A stretch of 63,994 nucleotides of DNA, counting the filler, from Ministeria vibrans ATCC 50519 (Eukaryota; Protista; Filasterea): NCBI GenBank assembly GCA_943704425.1. It is 4 parts of 4 records of this genome, joined end to end, with 100 filler letters (N's around TTAATTAATTAA, not from the genome) between each part and the next. Parts side by side here need not be neighbours in the genome. Positions count along the whole stretch, not along the records: positions 1 to 29,686 come from CALSCP010000778.1; positions 29,787 to 57,125 come from CALSCP010001056.1; 2 more parts are not named here. The stretch is one strand, 5' to 3'. A program made the position numbers and the translations under genes. The notes beneath the pieces are model-generated. The model was given only the letters and a program-made list of their open reading frames with translations. It searched no databases and was not told the DNA's origin. Below are positions 23,001 through 36,506 of this stretch, piece by piece (position 1 is the stretch's first letter; every line of letters starts with the position of its first letter).

Positions 23001-24588
23001 TGTGTCGTCAGGCAAGGCGTCGCTCAAGCCCTACCTGCTGTTTGGTTGGGGCACGCCCCTGGCGCTGATGGTGGTGCTGGTGATTGCAAATGCAGCAAGT
23101 GGCGGTGCAGTGGAGCTGGGCAACACGACCAACTGCTGGATTGGGTCGCAGGGGGCGCTCATTGGTGCCTTTCTTGTACCCGTACTCATTGTCATTGTGA
23201 TCAACATGATTGTGTTTGGGCTGGCAGTGCGCTCGATGGAGACGAACCGACGTGCGCAGAAGGGTCGCTCGGGTCCGAACGCGAGCGGCAATCATCGTCA
23301 GACCATGATTGTGTACGTGAGTCTGCTGCTGACGCTTGGCTTCACTTGGCTCTTTGGCTACCTGGCCATTGTGTCGACGGCTGTCTTCTGGTACCCGTTT
23401 GTCATTTTCAACTCGGCGCAGGGCCTTCTGCTCTGCCTTGTGTACTGCTTCCGCTCGCGTGTGCGTGACGCGTGGCGCGTGTACTTGGGGATGGATCGGT
23501 CGCAACCGAGCAAGAGCGACAAGAGCAAGGGTACCAAGTCAACGGGTGTCTCGACCGGCACCAAGAATGCGAATGGTAGCAGCGGCGGTGGTGGTCGCAG
23601 CGGTGTGATATCTGGCGTGATGCGCAGCTCGACTATGGGCGCAGGTGATAGCAGCAGTCGGGCCATGTCGAGTGTGGCGGTGGCCATACACGGACCGGAT
23701 ACGCCCGAGGCGCACCGACGCAACACGGAGGAGATTGAGTTGGACTGCCTGAGCGACACACACAGTGGCGAACATTTGCTGTCGGAGAAGACGCGCGGCA
23801 AAAACAAGAACAACGACAAGTATGGGTTTGCGACGACGGACGTGACCGAGTCGATGATGGACGAGTTTGAACAACATCCCGAACTGTACGGCATAGCAAC
23901 GCCCGCCGACACGGTCGAGGACGATCAGACGTTTGCGCGGGACGAGCCGACATGGACAACGGATGAGCCGTCGCCGTTTGACGCGGACGCGCAACGCGGA
24001 TACATTCGTACGGGTGACGTGACGCAGTCGATGGTGGAGGATTTTAATATGAATCCGTCGCGCTACTTTGACAATGGCGGTGAGTCGGGACGATCGAGTA
24101 CCGGTGGCGTTTCGGTTGACATGAAGAGTGTCGGCAAGGGCGGAACACTCAAGTCGCACAAGGGGGGCAAGGCAAAGAGCAAGCCGGCGACACTGTCTGC
24201 GGCGACTGGCGAGCGACGTCAGTCATTGAGTGGCAAGAGCGAAAGGTCGACAGCGGCAGACGAGCTGCTGTTTGCGGGTATGGCGGACGTCCGGGGTGCC
24301 TACAATACACGCGAGTGGGCCAACCCCATTATGGGCGATGGAGCAGGCTCGGCGTCGTCTGTGCCCGCGCCACCAGCCATTGTGACCACTGTGGACAGTG
24401 GCAGTGCCCTAGCCAGTCCCCCACGTCCGCGCCAGGCCCGTCTGAGCGCCACCATGGACGCTTCGCCGCTCATGGCCGCCGCACACGCACTTGGCGAGAG
24501 TGTGGCTGCCATTATGAGTCCTAAAGTGTCTCCGACGACAAAGAGACGACCTATCACTAGCCCGCCCAGTTCCAACTCGATCAAGTAG
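17094..24588 (+). CDS. Adhesion GPCR: signal peptide, many receptor-L-domain/LRR-like repeats, GAIN/GPS, secretin-type 7TM, long cytoplasmic tail
   Basis: Signal MLRFALHVTIVCGLLVSQTTA then a GTAAGA donor. Many L-x-I-x-x-N-x-x-L-x-x-L repeats over several exons. GPS CVWWD...WTTSGC...CRCNHL/TSFAVLL (~22561-22680). TM segments LTYVGCALS, NLCVAIF, ACFCWM, FGWGTP, CWI, LLLTLGFTWLFG, FNSAQG. Ends at TAG 24586-24588. Confidence 0.93.
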
Positions 24589-24603
24589 ACAATGAGTGAG
24601 AGA

Positions 24604-24657
<54 letters not shown>

Positions 24658-24783
24658 AAGGAGGGAGAAAGAAACATAGTGATAGAGAGAGAGAGAAGGA
24701 GAGAACATCGATTTAATGGCACTGTTTGTAATGCACAAGACCAATACTATACTATTTATCAGAATGATTCAAAGAAGAGGAAC

Positions 24784-24814
<31 letters not shown>

Positions 24815-24847
24815 CGTGTGAGTGTGTGCTTGAGTCATGAGTGTGCA

Positions 24848-25992
<1,145 letters not shown>

Positions 25993-26643
25993 GTAGTGAA
26001 CGGTAAGAGTGGGAGTGGTGAATGAAATGAATATAAATTATGATAAAAGCAACAACACTGAATGCAAACCACTTTCTAAGCTACGACTCGCGCCTACGAG
26101 AGTGTCGAGAGCCGAGAGGGAACTGAAGAGTCAAGACCAACTGATAGTTGACAGTAAAGCAACAAGAGGATGTGACGGACATTGTGGCGACGACACGCAA
26201 GTGAGTCGCGCGTGAATAAGTTTGACCCACAATGGAAGGAGGTTGCCGTGAATTGGTTTTGAGTTGCACCGGTGCGCCCACGTGCTTTTCTTTGGTGTCG
26301 AAATAGCCACGCCTGTCGCGACGAATAAAGACGTCCGTCAAGGTGCCAACGATACGTCCTCCTGGACTATCATCGACCAAGAGCCCTTAACGAAAGGCGA
26401 GCAGGAACCACGTTTGGAAAATCAGTTCCAATGCGGAGGGCCGAAACTCAGCCGAAATTTTATGTTATTTTTTTTTGGTTTATTATTATATTTTTATTTT
26501 GTTGTTGTGTTCTGTGACTGGTTTATTTTGACCGTGCCACACTAGAAAAACCTAGGGTCAATGAGAAGTCTATTAATTTTTATATTTGCGTAAACCAATA
26601 TTCACTGTGTTTCTCTACTAGTTGTCTTTTTCATTCACTTTTG

Positions 26644-27895
26644 TCACAAGGACACGTTGACGGCATCACCTGTAGCGAAAACTACAGCATGTAACTGATT
26701 GCGCCCAATCACAACGGTGTGTCTGCCAGGGAAGACCGCGCGGCGACCAGTGCGGTCAACGGTGCAAAAGGCACAGTGATTGGAGATGCCATGGGCGGCG
26801 CGAGTGGGGAAGGACAGCTGGCGTGACTCTCCTGGCTGCAGGAAGACCTTCTCCAGGCCAAACAGTTGGCGAAGGGGCGCGTCCGGTTGTGCGGAGCTGC
26901 TTGTGTACGCCTGGACGGGCACAGCGCCTGCGCGGGACCCAGTGTTTTTCACGACGACAGAGTAGGTGAGTGCACCCGACGCGAGTGCCTTGGTTGTCAG
27001 GGTGTGCGTGTGCTCCGCCGCGTTCTGCGGCGCATCGCTCCAGTCAAACGTGAAGTTGGTGTAAGACAGACCGTCACCAAAGTGCCAGAGTCCGCCCGGA
27101 TAGAATCGGTATGTGCGACCTGGGCCGGCGCGCATCGACATGTCGACCATCGACACCTGGTTGACATAGTCGGCGGGGTACACAGTGAAGGGCATCATGC
27201 CACTGGGGTTTACATCGCCAAAGAGCACGTCGGCCAAGGCAGTGCCAGCACTCTGGCCCCCTTCAAATACCTCTAGCACCGTTGCGACATTGTCGCGCAC
27301 CCAGTCCACTGCCAACGGCCCCCCGTTGAGCAGCACCACCACGGTGCGCGCATTGGCAGCAACCACACGGCGTACCAGCGCGCCCTGTGCTCCCGGAAGA
27401 TCAATCTGCTCGCGGTCCTTTTGTTCACCCTCTACCGTACTGTCAATGCCCACACACAACACTACAATGTCCGCATTGCGAGCCGCCTTTTCAGCCTCAT
27501 CAAACCCTATTAAGAACTATTAATAGACAAACAAAGTGAAAGCCTCGCGGCGCGACCTTGCGTGCTTGTGTCCTTGACATTCTTAAGCCCGGGTGCATAC
27601 GTGACGGTTTGGGCGCGCTGGGCAATGCCGTGGCGCAGCGTAACAGTAAATGCAGGAGCATAGTCTGACTTGGCACCCATCAGCACCGCTGCGTCGTCCG
27701 CCAGCGGCCCAATCACCGCAACGTGTTGGTGCGCAGAGGTAGGGAGCAGGGATGCAGAGTTGTTCAGAAGCACAATGCTACGTAGAAAATGCACAATGAT
27801 GGGACATACATAATAATAATAATAGATATATTGATATAAGATGAACCTCTCTTGAGCAGCCTACAGAAGGAAAAGAAGAACATGCAAGAGTCAAT

Positions 27896-27989
<94 letters not shown>

Positions 27990-28338
27990 AAGAGAAACAA
28001 AGTGATAGAGTGAGAGAGATTTAGTGGGATCAAACCTGAAGGGCCAGGTGACGGGCGTCGGGGGCATCAAGGGATGACAGGGAGAATGCAAGAAAGGGAT
28101 TGCGGGCGGGCGGGTCAAATAGGCCTAACTTAAAGCGCATGGCAAAGACGCGCTCGAGAGCCTTGTCGAGAGTTGCGTTGCTGAGGAGTCCCTGTGCAAC
28201 GGCTGAGCCCAGAGCGTTATTGTACGTGTCGCCACAATCAAGATCGCACCTGTAAGTGGCGAAAGAGAGTGAGTGAGTGTGAGCGGGTTCTGAACGGGTG
28301 CATTAGTATGTACATATGTAAGAGTGTGTACATGAGTG

Positions 28339-28435
<97 letters not shown>

Positions 28436-29450
28436 CGTACCCGCCCTTGACACCCTGTGCCGATGCGTGTGCAGCGTCCTTTGAGTAGTTGTGTGCGGAG
28501 TAGGCGTCCTTGATGGCATCGCAATCGGACACAATCAGACTCTCATAGCCCCACTGCGACCGCACAATGTCGTTCTGTATCGAGCCATCAAGACACGCTA
28601 CAATGTTAACAGAGAGTGAGTGGGTGAGATGCGCCCTATCACTCTCTGTGTGTGTCGTACCGGGTGTGCCATTGATTGCGTTGTAGCTGCACTGTAAATG
28701 GAAAAGAGAGGAAGAGAAAGAGAGGGGGAGAGAGAAGAAAGAAACGAAGTGCGAGAGAGAAGGAGCAGATGAGTGTGCGTTGATGTGAGTATTACAATCA
28801 TAATTATTATAATAATATTATTATAATTATATTACAATAATTATTATATTTATATGAATATCTCATATTATAGTGTACTCTCTACCATGATTTGTGCCAC
28901 TTGGGTGTCTTTGACGCACGAGTGGAAGGCCGGCAGATACGTTTCCGTGAGATCCCGTTGCGAGACAATCGCATTGAACGAGTGTCGTGAATGGCCCTCC
29001 CAACTCTCAACGCTGTATGCAGTCAGGTGCTGTACAAAGTACCACAGAGAACAAAATTGATGGAGTAAGAATAAAATAATACTAACTATTATGATTAGTA
29101 TAATAAGAAATAATTTATTATTATTATTATTATGACTATTAATTTTATAAACAAACTGTACGGTAGTCTGTGGGGTACCTTGCAACATGCGGCCATCTGC
29201 AGGTAGGTCTTGTCGGAGCCCTGCATGCCTTTCACAAAGCGCACCGAGTAGAGCCCATTCCAGAAAGGATCTTCCGAGACGGACTCCTGGAAACGGCCCC
29301 ATCGCGGGTCTCTACTCGAGTTTGGGTTACATCGACCTCCTAAAGTGGTCGTACCTGCCAATGTTCATGGTGGGCCCAAAGATGTTGAGTCCGCCACCAA
29401 TGTTGTTGAATACCTGTCCCTCGGCAAGGTTGTTCACTGCGCGCGCCTAC
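26644..29450 (-). CDS. Glycoside hydrolase family 3 (beta-xylosidase/beta-glucosidase-like) with C-terminal Fn3-like domain; 5' end lost at the gap
   Basis: GPTMNIG/RDPRWGRFQESVSEDP, ACCKH, CSYNAING, catalytic IVSDCDAI, SIVLLNN, AVIGPLAD, EGEQKDR, GDVNPSG..P.T.Y, GRTYRFY, FGDGLSYT. Confidence 0.92.
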
Positions 29451-29504
29451 GAGAACAGTGGAGTGAGCGAGTGTGTGAGTGTGAGTGTGCGTCTGTCTGT
29501 GTGT

Positions 29505-29574
<70 letters not shown>

Positions 29575-29635
29575 CTTGTATCACTTGTTTCTCCCTCGTT
29601 TCTCTCTGTCACTCTTTGTTACTCCTCCTTTCTCC

Positions 29636-29686
<51 letters not shown>

Positions 29687-29786
29687 NNNNNNNNNNNNNN
29701 NNNNNNNNNNNNNNNNNNNNNNNNNNNNNNTTAATTAATTAANNNNNNNNNNNNNNNNNNNNNNNNNNNNNNNNNNNNNNNNNNNN
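29687..29786. other. Artificial contig-joining spacer (N-TTAATTAATTAA-N)
   Basis: All-frame stop linker inside an N run; the same structure occurs three times in the window. Confidence 0.95.
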
Positions 29787-30309
29787 TAAGCTATACCAGA
29801 GGCAAACGTCCATGTTTATCCCTTGGTTTCCAAAGCAAGTTCCTTCCACCTCCACTCACTCCCAAAAGATCAAGAACAGCTGATGTTTTCTTTTGTTTTT
29901 TGGAGGGGTTTGTTGTTTTGGGGAAGTTTTTCTCTGGCTTGTGCTGATCTCACATTTTCTTTGTTTTTTTCAAAATTTATTCTCATGATTGATAATTATA
30001 TTATAAAAATAATAATAATTATTATTTTTATTATTATAATTTATTTCTATTCATTTGAGTAACCTTCTATTCCTATTTCTATTATTCGACCATGCAAATA
30101 AAGCATTGAAGACGCCAGAGGGCGGTCGGTGTTCGTGTGTGTAGCACACACAGTAGGCCAAAAGCAAGAGAAAGGCGGAAGACGCAATAAGCGTAGAAAG
30201 TGAGAAAGTGAGATTTTTAAAAGATAGTTTTAGTAATGCAAATTGAGAACTAAGCTGGCCAACTGAAGTGGCATTGTGTATGAGGGTTTGGTGTCGCATA
30301 TACTAATTT

Positions 30310-31151
30310 TTACTTGGGCAGGCCGGCGGTGATGCGCTGATTTCGCATTGCAATGGCGAGCCACTCGACTTGAGAGAGCATGCTGGGAAGTTGGTGCAGC
30401 AGACGATTGTCAGAGTCGGTGGGAGTACCGTCTTCATGAAACATGCTGGAAGCAGTGGGATAGCCCACCGTCTACTTACAAACAGTGCTCGATCGGTGTG
30501 TGTGATGTGCGCTGTGTCACACTTGGTTTGTGTACCTTACTGACTGGGAGACAGCCCAGCTCGAGAAGGATCGTGCGCAGTGCAACAATGCCACGCATGC
30601 CACCCCAAGGACCAACAGAGTAACCAATACACCCTACAAGCTGCTTGGTGAGAGGAGTGGAGTGGAGAGAGAGAGAGAGTACCGCTCGGCTTAAACGCAA
30701 AATTAGACCCTCCAAAGTGGCCCAGGAGCGACGCGAGCGCTGGAGGCACCGAATGGTTGTATTCGGCAGTGACGACGATGATGGCGTCGGCCTCCTTGAT
30801 CGTCTGCGCCATGGCGTCCTGTTTGGGATTGTCGCCCGCCTTCAAGAAGAAGTGCGGCGTCCTCAGCTCCGCGTCGCCCTCCAGCGCGCCGCCATCGCCA
30901 AAGCACTCCAAGGGGTCAAACACTGTCAGGTCGTGCGTGACCTAAGAAGAGCGTCAGCGAGAGAAGCAGAGACAAACGCGAACGGGTTGTTGGTTTACCT
31001 TGTCTGCTCCGCAAGTGGCTGTCCGCGACTTGATCGTATCAACAACATGTGCAAGCACTCGAGAGCCCAGACGAGAATCACCTCCCCACGACGGGACGCA
31101 ATTGCGCGCAGAGCCCATGAATAGGACCGTTTTCAGTGTAACAGATGACAT
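30310..31151 (-). CDS. NAD(P)H-dependent FMN reductase / quinone-azo reductase (flavodoxin-like; 4 exons)
   Basis: FMGSARN FMN-binding loop, [36 protein letters not shown]; ends AGLPK* (TAA 30310-30312). Confidence 0.9.
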
Positions 31152-31199
31152 AAATAATAGTAAATATACTGTTGTGAACTTACGATAATAATTACGATC

Positions 31200-31238
31200 T
31201 GTATCATTAATAAATGGGTTGTATTCTTCTTCTTCTAC
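31200..31238 (+). mobile_element. 39-bp extreme 3' end of the same LINE family, with a 14-bp TSD
   Basis: TGTATCATTAATAAATGGGTTGTATTCTTCTTCTTC is the exact reverse complement of the 3' end of the element at 7418-9198. TAATAATTACGATC flanks it at 31186-31199 and 31239-31252. Confidence 0.88.
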
Positions 31239-31540
31239 TAATAATTACGATCATTCATCATTGAAGACATTGATATTGAATATTTATTATTTACCGATTA
31301 TTAGTTAGTCACTGAAAGAATCAGGACACACCAGATTGTCTTTCTGAGATGATCTTATTGAAGGATTGTTGTTTGTTTTTCTTATTATTGTTATTATTAT
31401 TGTTATTATTATTGTTATTATTATTATTCTGGCTTCTGAGGGCTCAACTGCCAAATTCCTTTTTTCTTCTTCTGTATAATATCCCGTTTATCTTAATAAT
31501 GTCATAAATGAAGTACATTTCAATAATGTTCGTGTTTGTT

Positions 31541-33793
31541 TTACATGACCACTTCAACAGCCACGGCAACATTGACTGCAGCCGCATTGAGCACCGAATG
31601 CGCCAAAGCATCGGGAACATAAACCAGATCACCCGCCCTTTGGACGCCTTCCCAGCGAGTGCAGGCAGGGAGAAGGTGCACTTGCCAGTCTGTCGCAGAG
31701 GTGTGCTCGCGCACAGGTCGTTTGCTCAGCACAGCGCATTTGGCCTCGAGGATGCTCCAGTGCTTTTCACCCTCAAACAACACATTGATGGCATCCAAGT
31801 GGAAGTGAAACGGAGCACCCGTGTGCACGCCACCCACCATGAGCTGCCACGGGTGAGTGCGGCGCGAGCGGAACGGCTCAGGGAAGTGCACATCGCGCAT
31901 GAGCATGCGATGGCGCATAACCAACTGGTTATCAAACAGGTACAATCCTTTCTGAAGCACATTGGCCTTCGCATCATGGCGATCATCATCATTGCTATTA
32001 TCACTACTACGCTGAGTGAGTCGAAGTTGCTCAGTGAACGCGCGAAAGGTCATTGGAACCTCAATTGCACTCGCATCCGATTCTTCCGATGCACTATTGT
32101 ACTGACGTGCATATGGAATCAGACCCACACGCACAGTCTCACTCCCCAAATGCTCATTCAAATAGTCGAGGGTCCATTGTGGGTGCCAGTCATGTGCAAT
32201 GCCACGGAGAATAAACGGGCGTTGCAGTGAGATGTGATCGCGCCAGAGCACATTGGGAGAAGGGAGAGAGGTGAAGATGGGAATAGATTCGGCGGGTGGT
32301 GCACTGAGGGAGTCCATTTCGAGTGGTGTTTCCGTGAGAATCACAGTGGAGAAGTCGCTGTGATCGCAGCGAAGAGAAGAAGGCAAAGACGAGTTGTCGA
32401 GAAGGAGAATCTGATCAACGAGAGTGCGCACGGGGCGTCTTTGTTGTTGCGAATGGAGCAGACGTGACAGATCGATTGCAGAACGATTGAATGAGTCGCG
32501 CTCTGAGAGTGCACTGACAAGGGACGCATGCGCGTTGCGCTCGAGTGACACACACGCCATGGCTTTAAGTGTGGCGTCAAAATTACGCACAACAGCAATG
32601 TGAAGTGGATTCATTGCAAGTGGAGAGTCACTCTGTTGGGTCTGGTGAGTGAGTGCGGAGTGAAGGTCAGAGGTCGAGCGCAGAAGGAGTGCCACTGCAT
32701 CAGCATCACCCACGTCAGCCGCCATGTGCAGCGCTGACCACCCGCGCGTGTTGCGACTCGTGATACGTGTGCGAAGTGCTGGACATTGCTTGAAAAGCCG
32801 ACGTAACAATCGTACGGTGAGGGCACTAATGTACGGGAAGAGTTTGTCGCGTGTGACGACGCGTGCGCCGTCTTCGACTATGTCCTGTGGGAAATCAAGC
32901 TTCCACGTCGCAAAAGTGTTGTGTGTGTGGGTGTCTTGATGGCCACACCACGGCGAAGGAGCTCCGTCGTGCTTCAGCAGAAGTGTAGCGACTGTTTTGA
33001 ATGTGTTTTTTGAGCTGACCGCAAAGTGAAGGGCGTTCCAACCGTTGTACGACGCACCGGTCGCCGTCGAGGTGGCACACTCTCCAAACCGCTTTGAATT
33101 GGACAAGAGACCCACTGCATCCTCGTAGCGCAGGTAAACGGCATAGTGAAGGGCGGTGCGCCCGTGTCCATCGCGAGCCGATGCGTCCCACTCCTTGCTG
33201 ACAATTCCTCGCAGTGTCTTGGTGAAATTCCCATGCTTGCTCACGCGCGCGCAGTGATCGAAGTGCTGGCGTTCGTCATAGCCTTTCAATGCAAAGTGAA
33301 CGCTGGTCATCGCGCCCGGAGGTTCGAGAGGGCCTTGGCAGGAGCAAACAAGTGAGCAAAAGACACACACACACAGACACACAGACACACACACACACAC
33401 ACACAGACACACACACACACACACACAGACACACACACACACACACACAGACACACAGACACACACACACACGTACACACAACATGTCATATGTCACTTA
33501 CCAGGTGTATTCTTGTCAACTGCGGTTGCTTTCAGACGAGCGCCGTTACGCTCAAGAAGACGGACAAGATCTAAACGGCCACGGTATGCGGCAAGGTGGA
33601 TGGCGGTCGGCGACGGCGAATGAGAGGACTGCGACGCTTGCTCGAGTGCGAGGCCCGCAGGAAGCAACCCTCGCACGGCCGAAGTTGCGTTTCCCTGGAC
33701 TATTGCGCGGTACAGCAAGCTCTGGGTCACCTTTGGATCCACTTGGCCCAGTGATCCCGGCAGAAGCAGCAGGAGAGCGATGAACACGATCAT
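31541..33793 (-). CDS. Signal peptide + ankyrin repeats + JmjC (JMJD8-like cupin) protein (2 exons)
   Basis: Signal MIVFIALLLLLPGSLG. Ankyrin cores TAIHLAAYRG, GRTALHYAV, GWNALHFAV, GWSALHMAA, MNPLHIAV. JmjC RPFILRG...WTLDYL, GAPFHFHLDAINVLFEGEKHW, QRAGDLVYVPDALAHSVLN. Confidence 0.88.
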
Positions 33794-33908
33794 CAAAAAA
33801 GATTGATTGTGTCAAAACTCAAAACTCAAAAGTCAAAATCTCAAACGAATCATTGAATGATCTCATAAGTTAATAAAGTTATTAAAGTTATTAATTTGCT
33901 TCTTTGTC

Positions 33909-36469
33909 ATGCTGCTGGACGTCTCGTTGTACAACGACCTGTCTCGGCACGAGATTGCGGGCGGGTTTGCTCTGATCGTGGTCTTCTATGCCATCTACAA
34001 GTCATTGACGCGCTGGCGCGATCCTATCGTCGAGACGCGCTATCTGGACAAGCTCGAGGCGGAGCGGGAGGCTCTACGGGCCAAGGGAACGCCGCTGTCG
34101 CCGCCTGGCCGCTACTGTGTTGTTGGTACGTTGGGGTTTGCGCATTTGTGTTTGGCGTTGGTGACACACACTCCTCCGCTTCCACGCGACAGGCGCCGGC
34201 TTCTGCGGCCTCGGCATCTGTGCTGCATTGGGGCGATGGGAGTTTGACTACGATTGCTTTGAAGCAGACGTAAGAGATTCAGAGGATTGATGGGATGAGT
34301 TTTGACGTCTTCGTTTTCGCTTGTTGTGTCTCTTATAGGACTGTGTTGGCGGAAATTGGTACCACGGCGTGTACGAGACGGTGCACATCATCTCGTCGCG
34401 ACGCACCACCGAGTACAAGGACCTCCCCATGCCCCGCTCGTTCTCTGAGTTTCCCAGCAAAGACGAAATGTTTCGCTACTTGTCGCACTATGCGCGTTTT
34501 TGGGATGTCAAGCGCCACATTCGCTTCAACACCAAAGTTGCAGCAGTGCATCCCATTGAAAAGGGCGAGCAAGGGTACGACGTGGAGCTCGAGGATGGCT
34601 CCATGCACCACTACAAGGTATTACGTTATTTCAGTAGTGTCATTGTCTGATTAATAACGACATACGCAGTAATTGCGTATTTTCATAACAACAACGCACA
34701 AGTGCAAACGACCACAAGCCAGTGGAATGATACTAAAGACGCACACTTTTTTGGTGTGTTGATAGGGAGTGATTATCGCCAATGGACACCACTGGGATGC
34801 GCGATGGGCTGGACCGTACCCGGGGACCTTCAGCGGCATGCACATGCACAGCAAACAGTATAAGGAGCCGAGCGTGCTTGAAGGGAAGCGTGTCTTGGTG
34901 GTGGGTGGGGGAAACAGTGCCTGTGATATTGTCGCGGAGGCAGCTCGTTTTGCTCGCTCTGCTCATGTGTCCCATCGCAGAGGTACTGAGAGGGAGAACG
35001 AGAAGTGTGTGCGTGTGTTTAGTGTGTGCTTATTGTGTGTGCTTATTGTGTGTGCTTATTGTGTGTGCTTTTGTGTGTGCTTTTGTGTGTGTAGTGTAGT
35101 GTGTATGGTAGATATTTGTGTTGAGTTTTGTTATTGTTTTGTGAGGGGTATTGATCGTGTGTGTATGTGTATGTGTATGTGATAGGTTATTGGTTTTTGC
35201 CGCGTACTATGTTTGGAATGCCGTCAGTGGAAGGAATTTTCCCGTGGATGCCACTCTGGTAGGCACAATAATTTATGGCTCCAATCCGCAATCCTATCTC
35301 ACTTTTCCCTCAGGTTTCAGCGCTTTTTTATCGGCCTTGCCCTTCGCTTAGTCGTTGGCAAATACACTGACTACGGTCTCAAAGAACCAGATCACAAACT
35401 CTTTGATCATCATCCGACGATCAACAGGTAAAATAGACAATATACTCATAACATGAAAGAAACGGATTTTTGTTTCTGTACAGTGATCTTCTGAACTATA
35501 TCAAGCTGGGACGAGTGACACCACACGCAGACATTAAGGAATATGACGGGCATACAGTCCGTTTTGAAGACGGTTCATCTGATCAATTTGATTTGATTGT
35601 TCATGCAACTGTAACCTGTTTGCATTGCAAGTCTCTCTTTCTCACACTAAGTATTTTACTTTCGTGTGTGTATGCGCGTGTGTCGTGTTTTTTTTGTTTT
35701 TTTTTGTTTTTGTAGGGATATCACGTTTCTATTCCTTTGCTCTCTTCGGATGTTCTGACGTGGTCGAAGCATCCGATCAACGGTCGAACGTACCCGGATT
35801 TGATTGAGGGAATGCTCATTCGGGACTATAAAGTATATGAGTTTTCGTGATTATTCACTTTGATTTATTATTTTCTTTCGTTCTTGTGTGTGTGTGTATA
35901 CGTGTGTGTGTAGAATCTGATTGTGTTTGGGGTGGGCCAGCCTCGCTACGGTGCTGGACCACTCATTACAGCAGGTGAACTTACCTACTTCTAGCCCTAA
36001 CCCTAATTCTAACCCTAATGACTAAATACATTGCTTTTGTGTGTCCGTTTAGGCGCTGAGGTTCTCGCCAAAATGCTGCGCATTCAGGAGGATTTGTCCG
36101 CTCCACTCGCAAATGTCCTTCATCGTCTGGGCTCTCCCGTCCTCTCCCAAAAGACGAACATGGTCGATCCTTACTTGAACGTAAAGTCATTCATTCATAA
36201 AACTGTATCACGCACCGCCTCTCACTGACATACTCACAGTGCTTCATGTTTTTATTAATCACACTCACAGTGCCTCACCTGTGTCAACTCTCTCTCTCAC
36301 TCACTGACCGACTCCCCCTCACTCACTGTCGCCTACTACTGACTTACTTACACTCTTCCTCACCGACCCACCGTGTGTCCCATAGGATCCTCATGTGGTG
36401 TTTACGGGTGCTCTCGAAGCTCTTTCCGCTCTCTCAAACTTGACCAAACTCGCAAAGCTTTTCTCTTAA
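33909..36469 (+). CDS. Flavin-containing monooxygenase (class B) with N-terminal membrane anchor (multi-exon)
   Basis: FAD motif VVGAGFCGL, GGNWYHGVYE, IIANGHH, FMO fingerprint FSGMHMHSKQYK, NADPH motif VVGGGNSACDI, HATGY; ends AKLFS*. Confidence 0.92.
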
Positions 36470-36506
36470 AATCGCCACAATTTTTTATTTTTATTTTGAA
36501 ATAATC

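Noticed and set aside
26081-26545. Short ORFs or a possible non-autonomous element between COQ5 and the GH3 gene
   Set aside because: No recognisable protein motif, terminal inverted repeat or TSD found by eye.
29731-29742. Palindromic TTAATTAATTAA occurring three times
   Set aside because: Always centred in N runs; a synthetic all-frame stop linker.
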